Below are positions 18,414 to 29,434 of a stretch of DNA of 56,406 nt, in pieces. Source of the DNA: an uncultured Granulosicoccus sp. (GTDB taxonomy: Bacteria > Pseudomonadota > Gammaproteobacteria > Granulosicoccales > Granulosicoccaceae); the NCBI GenBank assembly GCA_938003775.1, contig CALKXZ010000014.1, positions 1 through 56,406 on the forward strand, given 5' to 3'. How positions within the stretch are numbered: position 1 is the first letter of the stretch; each line of letters begins with the position of its first letter. A program made the position numbers and the translations under genes. Under the pieces are notes generated by a model. The model did not search any database and was not told the DNA's origin. It was given only the letters and a program-made list of their open reading frames with translations.

Positions 18414-21287
18414 TTGACTGTGGACCAAGCACAAGATCCTTCATTGTTTGAGACGACCGATACGAGTCGTGTTAAGACAGGAGCTGGGCACGCGACCGCG
18501 ACGTTGGGTGTCGCAATTTGGTTTATGTTTATCGTGAGCGTGTTTTTAGGTGTACTCATTGCGCTAGTCAGCTACAGGCTGCAGCTACTACCCTGGCACG
18601 TACAATGGTTAGATAACAATGCACTGACGACTGAAGTACTGCATGCTCTGCACAGTTTGAGAATTGAGGCTGCATTGCTGGGTGTGGTCGCTTTGAATTT
18701 TATGTTATTGCTGTTGCGATCTCGGCAACGATCAACACCAGAGCTAACAGCTTTACGGATGGCTCAATCGGGTAAAAATCCGGATAATTTTGAAGACTGG
18801 GATCACCCGTCTGAGGCGTTAGATGAGAGTTCAGTTGGATCAATCCACGCGATGGATCAAACCCTCGAGTGTCATGATCTAGACCTGGAAATCGCGGAGA
18901 CGACTAGAACACTGGATGCTGTACCTCAGTTACCTATGGATAGCACAGCGCCGCAAGGGATTCTCACTCCGATCCGGTCAGCAAATGCAGACGCACAGTT
19001 GCAGATTGCCACCAGTGAGCTGACAAGATTGCGGCGTGAGCTCGTTACCTGCCGGCAGCAGCTGGAGACATCTAATCAAGCAAAGTCTCAATTTTTGGCC
19101 AACATGAGCCACGAATTGCGCACTCCCATGAACGGTATTATGGGTATGACCGATCTGCTGCTTGGGGGTAACTTAGCGGCCCGTGAAGAACGATTTGTGA
19201 CATCAATCGCATCGTCTTCCAGTACTTTGCTGGCTATCATCAACGATCTATTGGATTTCTCCAAAATCGAGTCTGGCATTTTGCAGCTTGAACATGGTCG
19301 ATTCTCAATACGCGATTGCGTAGAGGATGTCTGTTCGTCACTGGCAGGCTCTGCCCATTCTAAAGACATTGAATTGATCTGTTACGTTGATGAAAATGTG
19401 CCCGCGCAAATGGATGGAGACCCGAGCCGGGTTCGTCAGATTTTGCATAATTTAATAACCAATGCGATTGCCTTCACTGATGAAGGTGAGGTTGTCGTCA
19501 GGTTGACGCGCAAATCCGAGACAAAAAGCAATTCAGTGTACCAATGCGATGTGCAGGATACCGGAGTCGGCATATCGCCTGAAATGCAGGTAAAACTGTT
19601 TGAAGCCTTTACGCAGGCTGACCTGTCCAATACTCGCGGACACGGTGGTTTGGGTATGGGTCTGGCGATATCAAAAGAGCTAGTCTCTATGATGAACGGC
19701 GAGATAAGTTTTCGCAGTCGACTGGGTGAGGGGACACGATTCAGCTTTACAATGGAGCTGGAGAACGTTTCTGGTGATCAGAGCAGCTCCTCGCGACGTC
19801 GTTCAATGCATGGTGCTCGGGTTTTGGTGGTTGATGATAACGAGACTAACCGCACCATTTTATTCCATCAGTTGTCCAATTGGGGATTGCAGGTAGAAAC
19901 TGTCGAGAGTGGAAAGCTGGCGCTACAATCGTTACGCCTGGCACACGATAGCAATCAAGGTTTTGACGTAATGATTCTAGATCTGCATATGCCAGAGATG
20001 GATGGGATACAGTTAGCTAAGGCCATCCAGGCTGAGCCGGATTTCAGACATATTCAATCGGTTATGCTGACATCGGCCATACTGCAACTCGATGGTATGG
20101 AATTGCGCAAGCTGGGTATTTATAAATACGTCAGCAAGCCTGCTCGTCAATCGGTGTTGCACGATTCTCTATCCTCGTTAATGCCCAATGCCTGCGGTAC
20201 CCGCTCGGTTGCCCAGAACACGTTTGTCCATCCTGCATCGGTCAATGCGCAGGTACTACTGGTTGAAGACAATCCGGTTAATCAGGACGTAGCTGTGGGT
20301 ATGCTCGAACAATTAGGTTGTGAAGTTACGCTGGCCACGGATGGCAGAGATGCGGTGGAGATGGGTGCTACGAAAAAATACGATATCGTATTAATGGATT
20401 GCCAAATGCCGACCATGGATGGTTATGAGGCGACGCGTCGAATTAAATCGGATGGTGCACTTAATGCGCCAACGCCGGTGGTTGCTTTGACAGCCAACGC
20501 AATGGATGGGGATCGGGAAAAGTGTTTGTTAGCGGGCATGGATGACTATGTGTCTAAGCCGATAAGGACACAAGTGCTTTCGCACATGTTGGAAAAATGG
20601 GTAGGGCGAGCCCAGGAGACATTTGATCCTAACGCACACAGTCAGACACCTGCGCTGCTACCCACGGGAGACCGATCTGATGACCTGTCAAGCAGTGGTG
20701 TTGTTGTCGACTACGATATTGGTTGCCAGGAAGAGCCGGCTATTGGTAATGATGTGGATTCAGAGAATGAGTCACAGACAGTGCAGACGGCAGATAGACC
20801 CACCGAGTCATTGGATAAAACTATGGAGGCAGTTCAGCTGGACATTATGTCTGACACAATCAAAATTAAAAGCAGTGCAGAAGCCCAAGCAGCAGACGAT
20901 GCGGATAACGCTCCAGACGGCGTGACAGAAACTGGTTCTATCATAAACATCAGGGCAATAAAAGTTATTCGCAGTTTGCAGCGACCCGGTAAAGATGATT
21001 TGCTGGCCAAGGTAATGGGCGTCTATTTTGACAAGACACCTGAGCTCATTGAGCAAATGCACACGGCGTTGGATGATGGCGACTATAGCGCTATATCCGC
21101 CTGCGCTCATAGTCTGAAGTCCAGTAGCGCGTATCTGGGTGCTGATAGTGTGTCAGCCAAATGCCGACTGATAGAGGCATCTGTAAATGAGGGTGAACAC
21201 GATAAAATTAGCGATTTGGTAAACGAGATTGAAAGCGAATACGAGCTTGTCTCATCTGAGTTAACAACAATGATGAACGCTGCTTGA
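18414..21287 (+). CDS. Hybrid sensor histidine kinase with two REC domains and Hpt (BarA/RpfC-like architecture)
   Basis: Two TMs; [15 protein letters not shown]; GGLGMGLAI; VMILDLHMP and IVLMDCQMP receivers; AHSLKSSS Hpt. Confidence 0.93.
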   Translation: MTVDQAQDPSLFETTDTSRVKTGAGHATATLGVAIWFMFIVSVFLGVLIALVSYRLQLLPWHVQWLDNNALTTEVLHALHSLRIEAALLGVVALNFMLLLLRSRQRSTPELTALRMAQSGKNPDNFEDWDHPSEALDESSVGSIHAMDQTLECHDLDLEIAETTRTLDAVPQLPMDSTAPQGILTPIRSANADAQLQIATSELTRLRRELVTCRQQLETSNQAKSQFLANMSHELRTPMNGIMGMTDLLLGGNLAAREERFVTSIASSSSTLLAIINDLLDFSKIESGILQLEHGRFSIRDCVEDVCSSLAGSAHSKDIELICYVDENVPAQMDGDPSRVRQILHNLITNAIAFTDEGEVVVRLTRKSETKSNSVYQCDVQDTGVGISPEMQVKLFEAFTQADLSNTRGHGGLGMGLAISKELVSMMNGEISFRSRLGEGTRFSFTMELENVSGDQSSSSRRRSMHGARVLVVDDNETNRTILFHQLSNWGLQVETVESGKLALQSLRLAHDSNQGFDVMILDLHMPEMDGIQLAKAIQAEPDFRHIQSVMLTSAILQLDGMELRKLGIYKYVSKPARQSVLHDSLSSLMPNACGTRSVAQNTFVHPASVNAQVLLVEDNPVNQDVAVGMLEQLGCEVTLATDGRDAVEMGATKKYDIVLMDCQMPTMDGYEATRRIKSDGALNAPTPVVALTANAMDGDREKCLLAGMDDYVSKPIRTQVLSHMLEKWVGRAQETFDPNAHSQTPALLPTGDRSDDLSSSGVVVDYDIGCQEEPAIGNDVDSENESQTVQTADRPTESLDKTMEAVQLDIMSDTIKIKSSAEAQAADDADNAPDGVTETGSIINIRAIKVIRSLQRPGKDDLLAKVMGVYFDKTPELIEQMHTALDDGDYSAISACAHSLKSSSAYLGADSVSAKCRLIEASVNEGEHDKISDLVNEIESEYELVSSELTTMMNAA

Positions 21288-21318
21288 TCTTGTCGTTCTA
21301 CGCTATCGACATACGATC

Positions 21319-21341
21319 GCGCGGCCAGTAACTGGCCGCGC
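21319..21341. terminator. GC-rich hairpin between convergent genes
   Basis: GCGCGGCCAG-TAA-CTGGCCGCGC perfect inverted repeat. Confidence 0.55.
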
Positions 21342-21347
21342 CGCTGA

Positions 21348-22070
21348 CTATAGATCCATCATGAGCTGAGAGTCATCAATAATGCGATCCAGTTCGACTC
21401 CCTCATAGAAGTCAAAGATAGCATCGACAACAAACTGCGGGTCATCTGTGAGCTGAAACAGATCCATATCGCCTGGGCTGATAGTGCCCGTCTTGATCAA
21501 CGATGATTCGAACCAGTCTAAAAGCCCTTGCCAGAACGCTGTGCCAAACAGGATGATGGGAATGCGCTTGGATTTGCCGGTTTGTACCAGTGTCAGAATT
21601 TCTGCCATTTCATCGAGTGTTCCGAAGCCACCGGGCATGACCACGTAGGCCGATGCGTATTTAACGAACATGACCTTGCGAGCGAAGAAGTATTTAAAAT
21701 TGAGGCTGATGTCCTGATACGGATTGCCAGATTGTTCGTGCGGCAGCTTGATGTTCAAGCCAACACTTGCCGACTTACCACTGAAGGCGCCCTTATTGGC
21801 AGCTTCCATCACGCCTGGACCGCCCCCGCTGACCACTGCAAAACCAGAATCCGACAACAGTCTGCTAATTTCTTCGCTGACCTGATAATACGGATGATCC
21901 GGTTTAAAGCGTGCTGAGCCGAAGATGCTCACTGATGGGCTGAGATCGGCCAGCTGCTGAAACCCTTCCACGAATTCGGACATGATCTGGAAAATCTTCC
22001 AAGAGTCACGGGTCAGAGCCTTGTCTCGGGCATCTCGGCGCATCTGGTTATGGGTAGGAAGCTGTCTCAT
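21348..22070 (-). CDS. LOG family (TIGR00730) nucleotide phosphoribohydrolase
   Basis: VSIFGSAR, SGGGPGVMEAANKGA, YFFARKVMFVK, PGGFGTLDE; divergent from polA. Confidence 0.92.
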   Translation of the reverse strand: MRQLPTHNQMRRDARDKALTRDSWKIFQIMSEFVEGFQQLADLSPSVSIFGSARFKPDHPYYQVSEEISRLLSDSGFAVVSGGGPGVMEAANKGAFSGKSASVGLNIKLPHEQSGNPYQDISLNFKYFFARKVMFVKYASAYVVMPGGFGTLDEMAEILTLVQTGKSKRIPIILFGTAFWQGLLDWFESSLIKTGTISPGDMDLFQLTDDPQFVVDAIFDFYEGVELDRIIDDSQLMMDL

Positions 22071-22253
22071 GCAGGGTGTCCTTGTCTATCGTGAGCAATA
22101 TTCACAGGCAGATCCAAGTCTGGACCATTTGACGGGTATTGCAATATTGCATTAACTGCCCGAAGGCTCGGTTGGTGTAATTCACGGGGGTTTTGATTAA
22201 ATTGATCCTGATGAGTAGGTACACTAGCAGCACAACACAGCTAGGTTACCCGT

Positions 22254-25058
22254 ATGTCCAGCGCCGCCAAAATTGAAGTACATACTGATCGCCCCGTGGT
22301 ATTGGTGGATGGTTCTGCCTACTTGTATCGCGCATTTCATGCAATGCCGCCACTTACCAATGCAAAAGGCCAGCCGACCGGAGCAATCTATGGTGTGGTG
22401 AATATGCTGCGCCGTCTTGTCACAGACTATCAACCCCAGGTGATGGTGGTGGTGTTTGATGCCAGCGGCAAGACTTTTCGTGATGATATCTACGAAGACT
22501 ACAAAGCCAACCGTGCCAGTATGCCCGATGACATGCGTTCGCAGATCAAACCGCTGTATGCGGTTGTGGAGAAAATGGGCTTTCCGTTGCTCATTGTTGA
22601 GGGCGTGGAGGCAGACGACGTTATTGGTACGTTATCGGTGCAGGCCACTGCCGCTGGACTGAAAACAGTGGTGTCTACCGGTGACAAGGATATGGCGCAA
22701 CTGGTTAACGAACAGGTAACGCTTGTCAACACGATGACCAACACGGTAATGGATGTACCGGGTGTTATTGAAAAATTCGGCGTCAAACCTGAACAGATCA
22801 TCGACTATCTGGCGCTGGTCGGGGATACCTCGGACAACATACCCGGCGTGCCAAGCTGTGGCCCCAAAACAGCGGCTAAATGGCTGGCAGCCTATGATTC
22901 ACTTGAAGGCATCATGGCTAATGCGGATGCAATTAAAGGCAAGATCGGTGAAAAACTCAGAGAGGCCATAGCTCACCTGCCCATGTCCTATAAGCTTGCC
23001 ACCATCGTACTTGATGTCGAGTTGCCGCAAACTGTTACCGATCTGAAGATCGGTGAGCCTGACGTGCAAGCGTTGGCTGAGCTGTACAAAGAATTAGAAT
23101 TTAAGACATGGAGCCGAGAACTGGCTGAGGGTAAGTCACCGTTGCAGGCGCGGGGAAAGAACAATCAGGCGCCGGACGCTGGGACCAATACCATCAATAG
23201 CTCAATGGTTGAAGCTGCAGATGCGAATGGTGTTGACAACGATAGCGTTAAACGTCAGTACGAAACTATCACAACGCTTGAAAAATTGGATCAATGGATT
23301 CATCAATTGAGCGATTCTGAGCTCTTTGCTTTTGATACAGAAACCACGAGTTTGAATTATAAACAGGCTGAAGTGGTGGGTGTGTCATTCGCTTTGGAAG
23401 AGGGTCGAGCAGCCTATGTGCCTTTAGCACATGATTATGAAGGCGCGCCTGTGCAACTGGACCGAGAAGTAGTGCTGGATCGTTTGAAACCGTTGCTGCA
23501 AAGTGAAAAACATAATCTTGTTGGGCAACATATAAAATACGACATTAACGTACTGCGTAATCACGGTGTTGAATTGACCAACGTTGCGCACGATACGATG
23601 CTGCAATCCTATGTGCTTGATAGCACAGCAACACGTCACGATATGGATTCGCTGGCTAAAAAATACCTTGGCGTTGGCACGGTCAAATTTGAAGATATTG
23701 CCGGTAAAGGTAAGAAGCAGTTGACGTTTAACCAGATTGAGTTGGACAAGGCGAGTCACTACGCAGCAGAGGATGCAGACATAACGCTGCGCCTACACCA
23801 TGCTCTGTGGCCACAATTATCGTCAGTGCCAACGTTAAAAAAACTGTACGAGCGAGTTGAACTACCCTCGCTACACGTGCTTTCACATATTGAATGTACG
23901 GGTGTCAAGATTGATGCAGAAAAATTACAGAAACAAGGTGCCATCCTGGCGAAAACCATTGAGCAAGTAAAATCCGATGCCTTTGCCGATGCTGGGCGAG
24001 AATTCAATTTAGGCTCACCCAAACAAATTGGAGAAATTTTCTTCGATGAAAAGCAATTTCCAATTATTCGCAAAACACCGAAGGGTCAGCCGTCGACCGC
24101 TGAAGATGTGCTAGAGCAATTGGCAATGGACTATCCATTGCCACGATTGATACTGCAACACCGGTCACTGACCAAACTGATGTCCACCTATATAGATAAG
24201 CTGCCGTTACAGATCGACCCACAAAGTCATCGCGTTCATACCTCCTACAACCAGGCTGTTGCGTCCACCGGACGGTTGTCCAGCACTGACCCCAATTTGC
24301 AGAACATACCCGTGCGTACAGAAGAAGGGCGCCGTATACGTGAGGCGTTTATTGCAGAAGATGGTTACCGCTTGCTTGCAGCAGATTATTCGCAGATAGA
24401 ACTTCGCATCATGGCTCATTTATCAGGTGATGAAGGCCTGGTCTATGCGTTTGAACATTCATTGGATGTACATAAAGCCACAGCAGCAGAGGTGTTTGGT
24501 GTGCCGCTCGAGGCCGTTGAATCGGACCAAAGGCGTTCAGCAAAAGCGATTAACTTTGGATTGATCTATGGCATGTCGGCGTTTGGTCTTGCTAAACAAT
24601 TGGATATCCCACGCGGTGAGGCCCAGCAATACATCAACCTGTATTTTGAGCGTTACCCAGGTGTGAAGCTGTATATGGACGAGACGCGAGCGATAGCCAA
24701 AGAGCAGGGTTATGTCGAAACGGTTTTCGGAAGGAGGCTCTACCTGCCTGATATCAACGCCCGTAACGCCCAGATGCGCAATTATGCTGAGCGCACCGCC
24801 ATCAATGCACCGATGCAAGGCACTGCGGCCGATATCATCAAGCGTGCCATGATCAGTGTTGATCAGTGGCTGCGCCGTGATCAGGTGGATGCTCGTATTA
24901 TCATGCAAGTGCACGATGAACTGGTGCTAGAGGTTAAGGCAGGTCAGCTTGATAGCGTGGGTGAAAAAGTACAGCAACTGATGATCGAATCAGCCACCTT
25001 GAAGGTACCGCTGGAGGTGGATGTGGGTATTGGCAATAGTTGGGAGGAGGCTCACTGA
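22254..25058 (+). CDS. polA: DNA polymerase I
   Basis: LVDGSAYLYRAFHA 5'-3' exonuclease, FAFDTETT 3'-5' exonuclease, ADYSQIELR, KAINFGLIYG, QVHDELV. Confidence 0.99.
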   Translation: MSSAAKIEVHTDRPVVLVDGSAYLYRAFHAMPPLTNAKGQPTGAIYGVVNMLRRLVTDYQPQVMVVVFDASGKTFRDDIYEDYKANRASMPDDMRSQIKPLYAVVEKMGFPLLIVEGVEADDVIGTLSVQATAAGLKTVVSTGDKDMAQLVNEQVTLVNTMTNTVMDVPGVIEKFGVKPEQIIDYLALVGDTSDNIPGVPSCGPKTAAKWLAAYDSLEGIMANADAIKGKIGEKLREAIAHLPMSYKLATIVLDVELPQTVTDLKIGEPDVQALAELYKELEFKTWSRELAEGKSPLQARGKNNQAPDAGTNTINSSMVEAADANGVDNDSVKRQYETITTLEKLDQWIHQLSDSELFAFDTETTSLNYKQAEVVGVSFALEEGRAAYVPLAHDYEGAPVQLDREVVLDRLKPLLQSEKHNLVGQHIKYDINVLRNHGVELTNVAHDTMLQSYVLDSTATRHDMDSLAKKYLGVGTVKFEDIAGKGKKQLTFNQIELDKASHYAAEDADITLRLHHALWPQLSSVPTLKKLYERVELPSLHVLSHIECTGVKIDAEKLQKQGAILAKTIEQVKSDAFADAGREFNLGSPKQIGEIFFDEKQFPIIRKTPKGQPSTAEDVLEQLAMDYPLPRLILQHRSLTKLMSTYIDKLPLQIDPQSHRVHTSYNQAVASTGRLSSTDPNLQNIPVRTEEGRRIREAFIAEDGYRLLAADYSQIELRIMAHLSGDEGLVYAFEHSLDVHKATAAEVFGVPLEAVESDQRRSAKAINFGLIYGMSAFGLAKQLDIPRGEAQQYINLYFERYPGVKLYMDETRAIAKEQGYVETVFGRRLYLPDINARNAQMRNYAERTAINAPMQGTAADIIKRAMISVDQWLRRDQVDARIIMQVHDELVLEVKAGQLDSVGEKVQQLMIESATLKVPLEVDVGIGNSWEEAH

Positions 25059-25130
25059 TACAACGATACGCTGCTATATTCAATGTCAATGTCATTCACA
25101 GTTGAGACATTTTTCCTGTAAGTTGCCGCT

Positions 25131-26312
25131 TTATGTGGCCGGTGGTGCGTCCCGTGATTTCAGATAGAACAGTAGCGCCACTAACAGCAATGCGGCATAG
25201 GTGCCGAATAAAATCTGATACGTTGCAGGGGAGCTTGTATCGGCCTGTGCGTTGACGATGCGCCCGGTGGTGTACTGCATGATGCCAGCACCAAAGATAG
25301 AACAGAAATTTAGCAGAGTCACGCCGCGGCCAATCAGATGTGGCGGCAGAAACGCGCGTCCGTGGGCCATTAGAACACCATAGCTGGAACCGCAAACGCC
25401 AATCAGAATAAACAGTACTGTTGCCAGAGTGACACCTATTAACGGTTGCAGGACGAAAACGCCCAAGGCAACGAGTACGATTACGTTGCCGCCGAAAATA
25501 ACCCACTTGCGGGTGTTGAATAGCTTGTCCAGCGGTCCGTAGATCACGCTACCGGCAATCATGGCAATGGCCATCCACAACGTTACCTTACCGATGGCCA
25601 GACTGTCCGCGTTGTACAGATCGTTCAGGTAGGGGCCACTCCACAGGCCGCGAATGCCAGCAACTGGGGCGTAGCACATCAACGTCATGAGCATGATGGC
25701 CCACAGCACAGGCGATTTCAGCAGGGTGATGTAGCCGTTTAAACCGGTGTTGTCTGGTGCGCTTACATCCGGATCTTTCACTAACAAAAAGATGGCTGCC
25801 GCTATAGATAAAGTAATCACACCCAAGGCGCTCATGACAACGCGCCAACCAAAGATATCGACCGCCGATGCCAACGGGCTTGCACCGACCACATTGCCCA
25901 GGTTGCCGAATGCGACGAACCATGAGGTGGTGATCGCAAATTGTCGGGCGTCATAGCGCTGCGCAACAATAAAAAGAGATGCCATTAGCACCGGGGCACA
26001 ACCAATGCCGATAAGCGTCATGGCGACAACAATGGCGCCTGGAGATTGGGCTGAGGCGAATACAAATGCGCCGCCGGAGGCTGCGATACCAAATAAAACG
26101 GACGCTGTGCGACGCGGGCCGAATCGATCCAGACAAACACCGACTGGGAATTGCATCAGTGCGAAGACAATAAACCACAAGCCAGAAGCCAGTGAAAGAT
26201 CGGCCTTGTCTGCGCCCAGCTCACTGGTTAGCTGAGGGGTCAGAACGGCCAGAAACGAGCGATAAAACTGGGACAACACGTAGGCGAATGCCAGTGCAAT
26301 AAGTCCTGACAT
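25131..26312 (-). CDS. MFS transporter
   Basis: About 12 TM segments; GVCLDRFGPRR motif A. Confidence 0.9.
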   Translation of the reverse strand: MSGLIALAFAYVLSQFYRSFLAVLTPQLTSELGADKADLSLASGLWFIVFALMQFPVGVCLDRFGPRRTASVLFGIAASGGAFVFASAQSPGAIVVAMTLIGIGCAPVLMASLFIVAQRYDARQFAITTSWFVAFGNLGNVVGASPLASAVDIFGWRVVMSALGVITLSIAAAIFLLVKDPDVSAPDNTGLNGYITLLKSPVLWAIMLMTLMCYAPVAGIRGLWSGPYLNDLYNADSLAIGKVTLWMAIAMIAGSVIYGPLDKLFNTRKWVIFGGNVIVLVALGVFVLQPLIGVTLATVLFILIGVCGSSYGVLMAHGRAFLPPHLIGRGVTLLNFCSIFGAGIMQYTTGRIVNAQADTSSPATYQILFGTYAALLLVALLFYLKSRDAPPAT

Positions 26313-26578
26313 TGCGCGATGCAGACTTTTTGAATGAGTCGGGCGAGCAGTTTACGCAAAGTGTGTGCGAAAGTACTGCGAGGGATCGCCCAATCGTCTA
26401 TTGGCGGGTCTCTCTGGAAGGAAGCTCCCTAGCTGCTGCCGTGACATCGTTACGATCGCTTGAGCTTAGGTTGTATTGCCTGCGTAATTGCGTCGTGCAC
26501 GACAGCAACTACGATGCTATCCACCGGTTTTAGTTTAATCGGCCCATCAGTGCGTTGAAAAGCCAGCTAATGCGACTC

Positions 26579-26604
26579 AAATGTTGCATTATTGCTCAAC
26601 ATTT
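26579..26604. promoter_or_regulatory. Inverted repeat upstream of the AOR operon (candidate regulator site)
   Basis: AAATGTTG-N10-CAACATTT. Confidence 0.4.
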
Positions 26605-26737
26605 CATACTGTGTTGCACAGGTGACATGACGTTTGGTACCCATTGCCCATAGATGAGTGAGTCAGGCTCGGCCACTATATAGAGTATCGGGTGATCTCA
26701 CCCACCATCCAAAACTGAAAATTGAGGAGAGAAGCGA

Positions 26738-27208
26738 ATGCAGAAATCCCTGCACATTGACCCGGGCAAGTGCACCGGATGTCTGCAGTGTGAATCGGCG
26801 TGCTCATTGATAAAGGAAGAATCGGTTAATCCGTCAAAATCCCGTATCAAGGTATTCACGTTTCACGACGAGGGACGCTTTGTGCCCTACACCTGCACCC
26901 AATGCGATGAAGCCTGGTGCATGCAGGCCTGTCCGGTGGACGCTATTGTGCTGAATCCACTTAACGGCTCAAAAGACGTACTGGACGACATCTGCGTCGG
27001 TTGTAAGGTGTGTACGATTGCCTGCCCGTTTGGCACCATCAACTACAACTCATCGACTGGCAAGGTCATCAAATGCGATCTGTGCGGTGGTGATCCCGAA
27101 TGCGTCAAGGCCTGCCCGACGCAGGCTCTGAGCTACATTGATGCCAATGCAACCGGTCTGGACAAGATGCGGGCGTGGGCTTCTAAAACCGACAACGCAG
27201 GCGCTTAA
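26738..27208 (+). CDS. aorA: 4Fe-4S dicluster polyferredoxin subunit of aldehyde oxidoreductase (AorA-like)
   Basis: CTGCLQCESAC, CTQCDEAWCMQACP, CVGCKVCTIACP, CDLCGGDPECVKACP. Confidence 0.88.
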   Translation: MQKSLHIDPGKCTGCLQCESACSLIKEESVNPSKSRIKVFTFHDEGRFVPYTCTQCDEAWCMQACPVDAIVLNPLNGSKDVLDDICVGCKVCTIACPFGTINYNSSTGKVIKCDLCGGDPECVKACPTQALSYIDANATGLDKMRAWASKTDNAGA

Positions 27209-27222
27209 GGAGACAACAAATT

Positions 27223-29079
27223 ATGAGTTGGACTAAAAAAGTACTGCGCGTCAACATGAGCACAGGCAACATCAGTGAAGAACCACTGAATATGCACTGG
27301 GCACATGATTATCTGGGTCAGCGAGGGCTGGCTACGCGTTATTTGGTCGATGAAATTGAGCCAGATTGCGATGCATTGGGCCCCGATAACAAGCTGATAA
27401 TGACCACGGGTCCGCTCACGGGCACTATCGCATCAACCGGTGGTCGATATTCGGCTGTCTGTAAAAGTCCCCTAACAGGCACCGTAGCCTGTTCTAACTC
27501 AGGCGGCTTTTTCGGTGCTGAGCTGAAATTTGCTGGCTGGGACATGATCATCCTGGAAGGTAAGGCAGCAAGCCCGATGTATTTGAACATTGAGGACGAC
27601 GTGGCAACACTGATCCCGGCCGATGATCTGTGGGGCCAGTCAGTTTGGGCGGCGGATCACCTGCTACGACAAAAACATCAGGATCCTCAAGTAAGAATTG
27701 CCTGTGTAGGCCGCTCGGCCGAACAGGGTTGCTTGTATTCGGCCATCGTTAATGATTTACACCGGGCTGCCGGTCGCTCTGGTGTGGGTACTGTTATGGC
27801 ATCCAAAAACCTGAAAGCGGTGGTTGTGCGTGGTACCAAAGGGTTGGGCAATATTGCTGATCCTAAACGTTTCATGCAAACAGTCAGAGATGGCAAGAAG
27901 GTGCTGGCTGACAATGCTGTCACCGGTGAGGGCCTGCCCGCCTATGGCACGCAAGTACTTATGAACGTGATTAACGAGGTTGGTGCACTGCCCACCCGTA
28001 ATATGCGTGAGACACAGTTTGAAGGTGCCTCCGATGTGGGTGGCGAAGCTATGCATGTACCGCGCAAATCAGACGGAAAGCCAAACCTGACCACTAACGC
28101 TGCGTGCTTCTCCTGCACCATCGCATGTGCGCGTATTTCCACCATTGATCGCACGCATTTCTCGGTCAAGGACAAGCCAGAATATTGGATTAACTCCGGC
28201 GGTCTGGAGTACGAGGCCGCATGGGCACTGGGTCCGGATACCGGTGTCGATGATATCGACGCACTGACCTATGTAAATTTCTTGTGCAATGAGGACGGTA
28301 TGGACCCCATTTCGTTCGGTTCTACCGTGGCTGCAGCTATGGAACTGTATGAAACCGGCGCAATAACCAGCGAACAGACTGGCGGTGTAGAGCTGAAATT
28401 TGGTTCGGCCGAAGCGCTGTGCTGGGCTGCAGAGGTGACTGCTAAGGGCGAAGGCTTTGGCGTAGACCTGGGCTTAGGTTCCAAGCGGCTTTGCGAGAAG
28501 TACGGTAAACCAGAATTCTCCATGACGGTTAAAGGTCAGGAATTCCCAGCCTACGATCCACGTGGCATACAGGGGATGGGTCTGGCATATGCAACGTCTA
28601 ACCGCGGTGCCTGCCATCTGCGCGGGTATACCGTTGCATCAGAAATTTTAGGTATTCCTGAGAAGACTGATCCACTCGAGTCTGGCGGTAAAGCAGGGCT
28701 GGTAAAGGCTTTTCAGGATGCAACTGCAGCGGTTGATTCTGCAGGACTCTGTGTTTTCACCACCTTTGCCTGGACCATGGACGACATTGCACCGCAAGTC
28801 GATGCAGCGTGTGAAGGCGACTGGTCAACCGAACGTATGATGGAAGTTGGCGAGCGCATCTGGAACCTTGAAAGAGACTTCAATCAGAAGGCGGGTGTTA
28901 CCGGTGCACACGACACATTGCCGGAGCGACTGCTCAAGGAGGCTTCTGCTTCCGGTCCTGCTAAGGGGCGAGTCAATGAGTTGGATCAGATGCTGCCGGA
29001 GTACTACCAGCTGCGTGGCTACAGTGCTGATGGTTCCATGACTGACGAGACTCGTCAGAAATGGGCACTACCCAGTTGA
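27223..29079 (+). CDS. aorB: Aldehyde ferredoxin oxidoreductase, tungstopterin family catalytic subunit
   Basis: KSPLTG, AAGRSGVGTVMASKNLKA, CFSCTIAC, LEYEAAWALG, YDPRG, TSNRGACH, DTLPERLL. Confidence 0.93.
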   Translation: MSWTKKVLRVNMSTGNISEEPLNMHWAHDYLGQRGLATRYLVDEIEPDCDALGPDNKLIMTTGPLTGTIASTGGRYSAVCKSPLTGTVACSNSGGFFGAELKFAGWDMIILEGKAASPMYLNIEDDVATLIPADDLWGQSVWAADHLLRQKHQDPQVRIACVGRSAEQGCLYSAIVNDLHRAAGRSGVGTVMASKNLKAVVVRGTKGLGNIADPKRFMQTVRDGKKVLADNAVTGEGLPAYGTQVLMNVINEVGALPTRNMRETQFEGASDVGGEAMHVPRKSDGKPNLTTNAACFSCTIACARISTIDRTHFSVKDKPEYWINSGGLEYEAAWALGPDTGVDDIDALTYVNFLCNEDGMDPISFGSTVAAAMELYETGAITSEQTGGVELKFGSAEALCWAAEVTAKGEGFGVDLGLGSKRLCEKYGKPEFSMTVKGQEFPAYDPRGIQGMGLAYATSNRGACHLRGYTVASEILGIPEKTDPLESGGKAGLVKAFQDATAAVDSAGLCVFTTFAWTMDDIAPQVDAACEGDWSTERMMEVGERIWNLERDFNQKAGVTGAHDTLPERLLKEASASGPAKGRVNELDQMLPEYYQLRGYSADGSMTDETRQKWALPS

Positions 29080-29184
29080 TCGATCAAGTCTTAACGCATT
29101 AACCAGTCGTTGTAGATCAGTACCACGACACAGGGCGAACCGCAGGTCGACAGCGTTTGACGGGCGGACACGTTGGTCAATCAT

Positions 29185-29211
29185 CTCGGGCGCAGCTGGA
29201 CTGCGCCCGAG
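29185..29211. repeat. Perfect 11-bp-stem hairpin in the aorB-aorC spacer
   Basis: CTCGGGCGCAG-CTGGA-CTGCGCCCGAG. Confidence 0.6.
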
Positions 29212-29434
29212 TTGTCTGTGCACCAGACTATTCATCGTTTTCCGCTTTGACTGCGTCATCTTGATGGATCGAATGTGCAATGGCACGAGGACGCGATGCG
29301 ATGCCTGCTCAATCGCAATTTTGGATCAGACACCGATCATCTGCAGGTGGGTCGCAACCGGTTGCCGGAGGTGCAAGCGTCTGATAAATCGAGTAAGTTA
29401 GCATTCATGCAGAATCAATATTTAGGATAAAGCT

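Noticed and set aside
26633-26648. Sigma54 promoter (TTGGTACCCATTGC) before aorA
   Set aside because: GG-to-GC spacing is 8, not the required 10.
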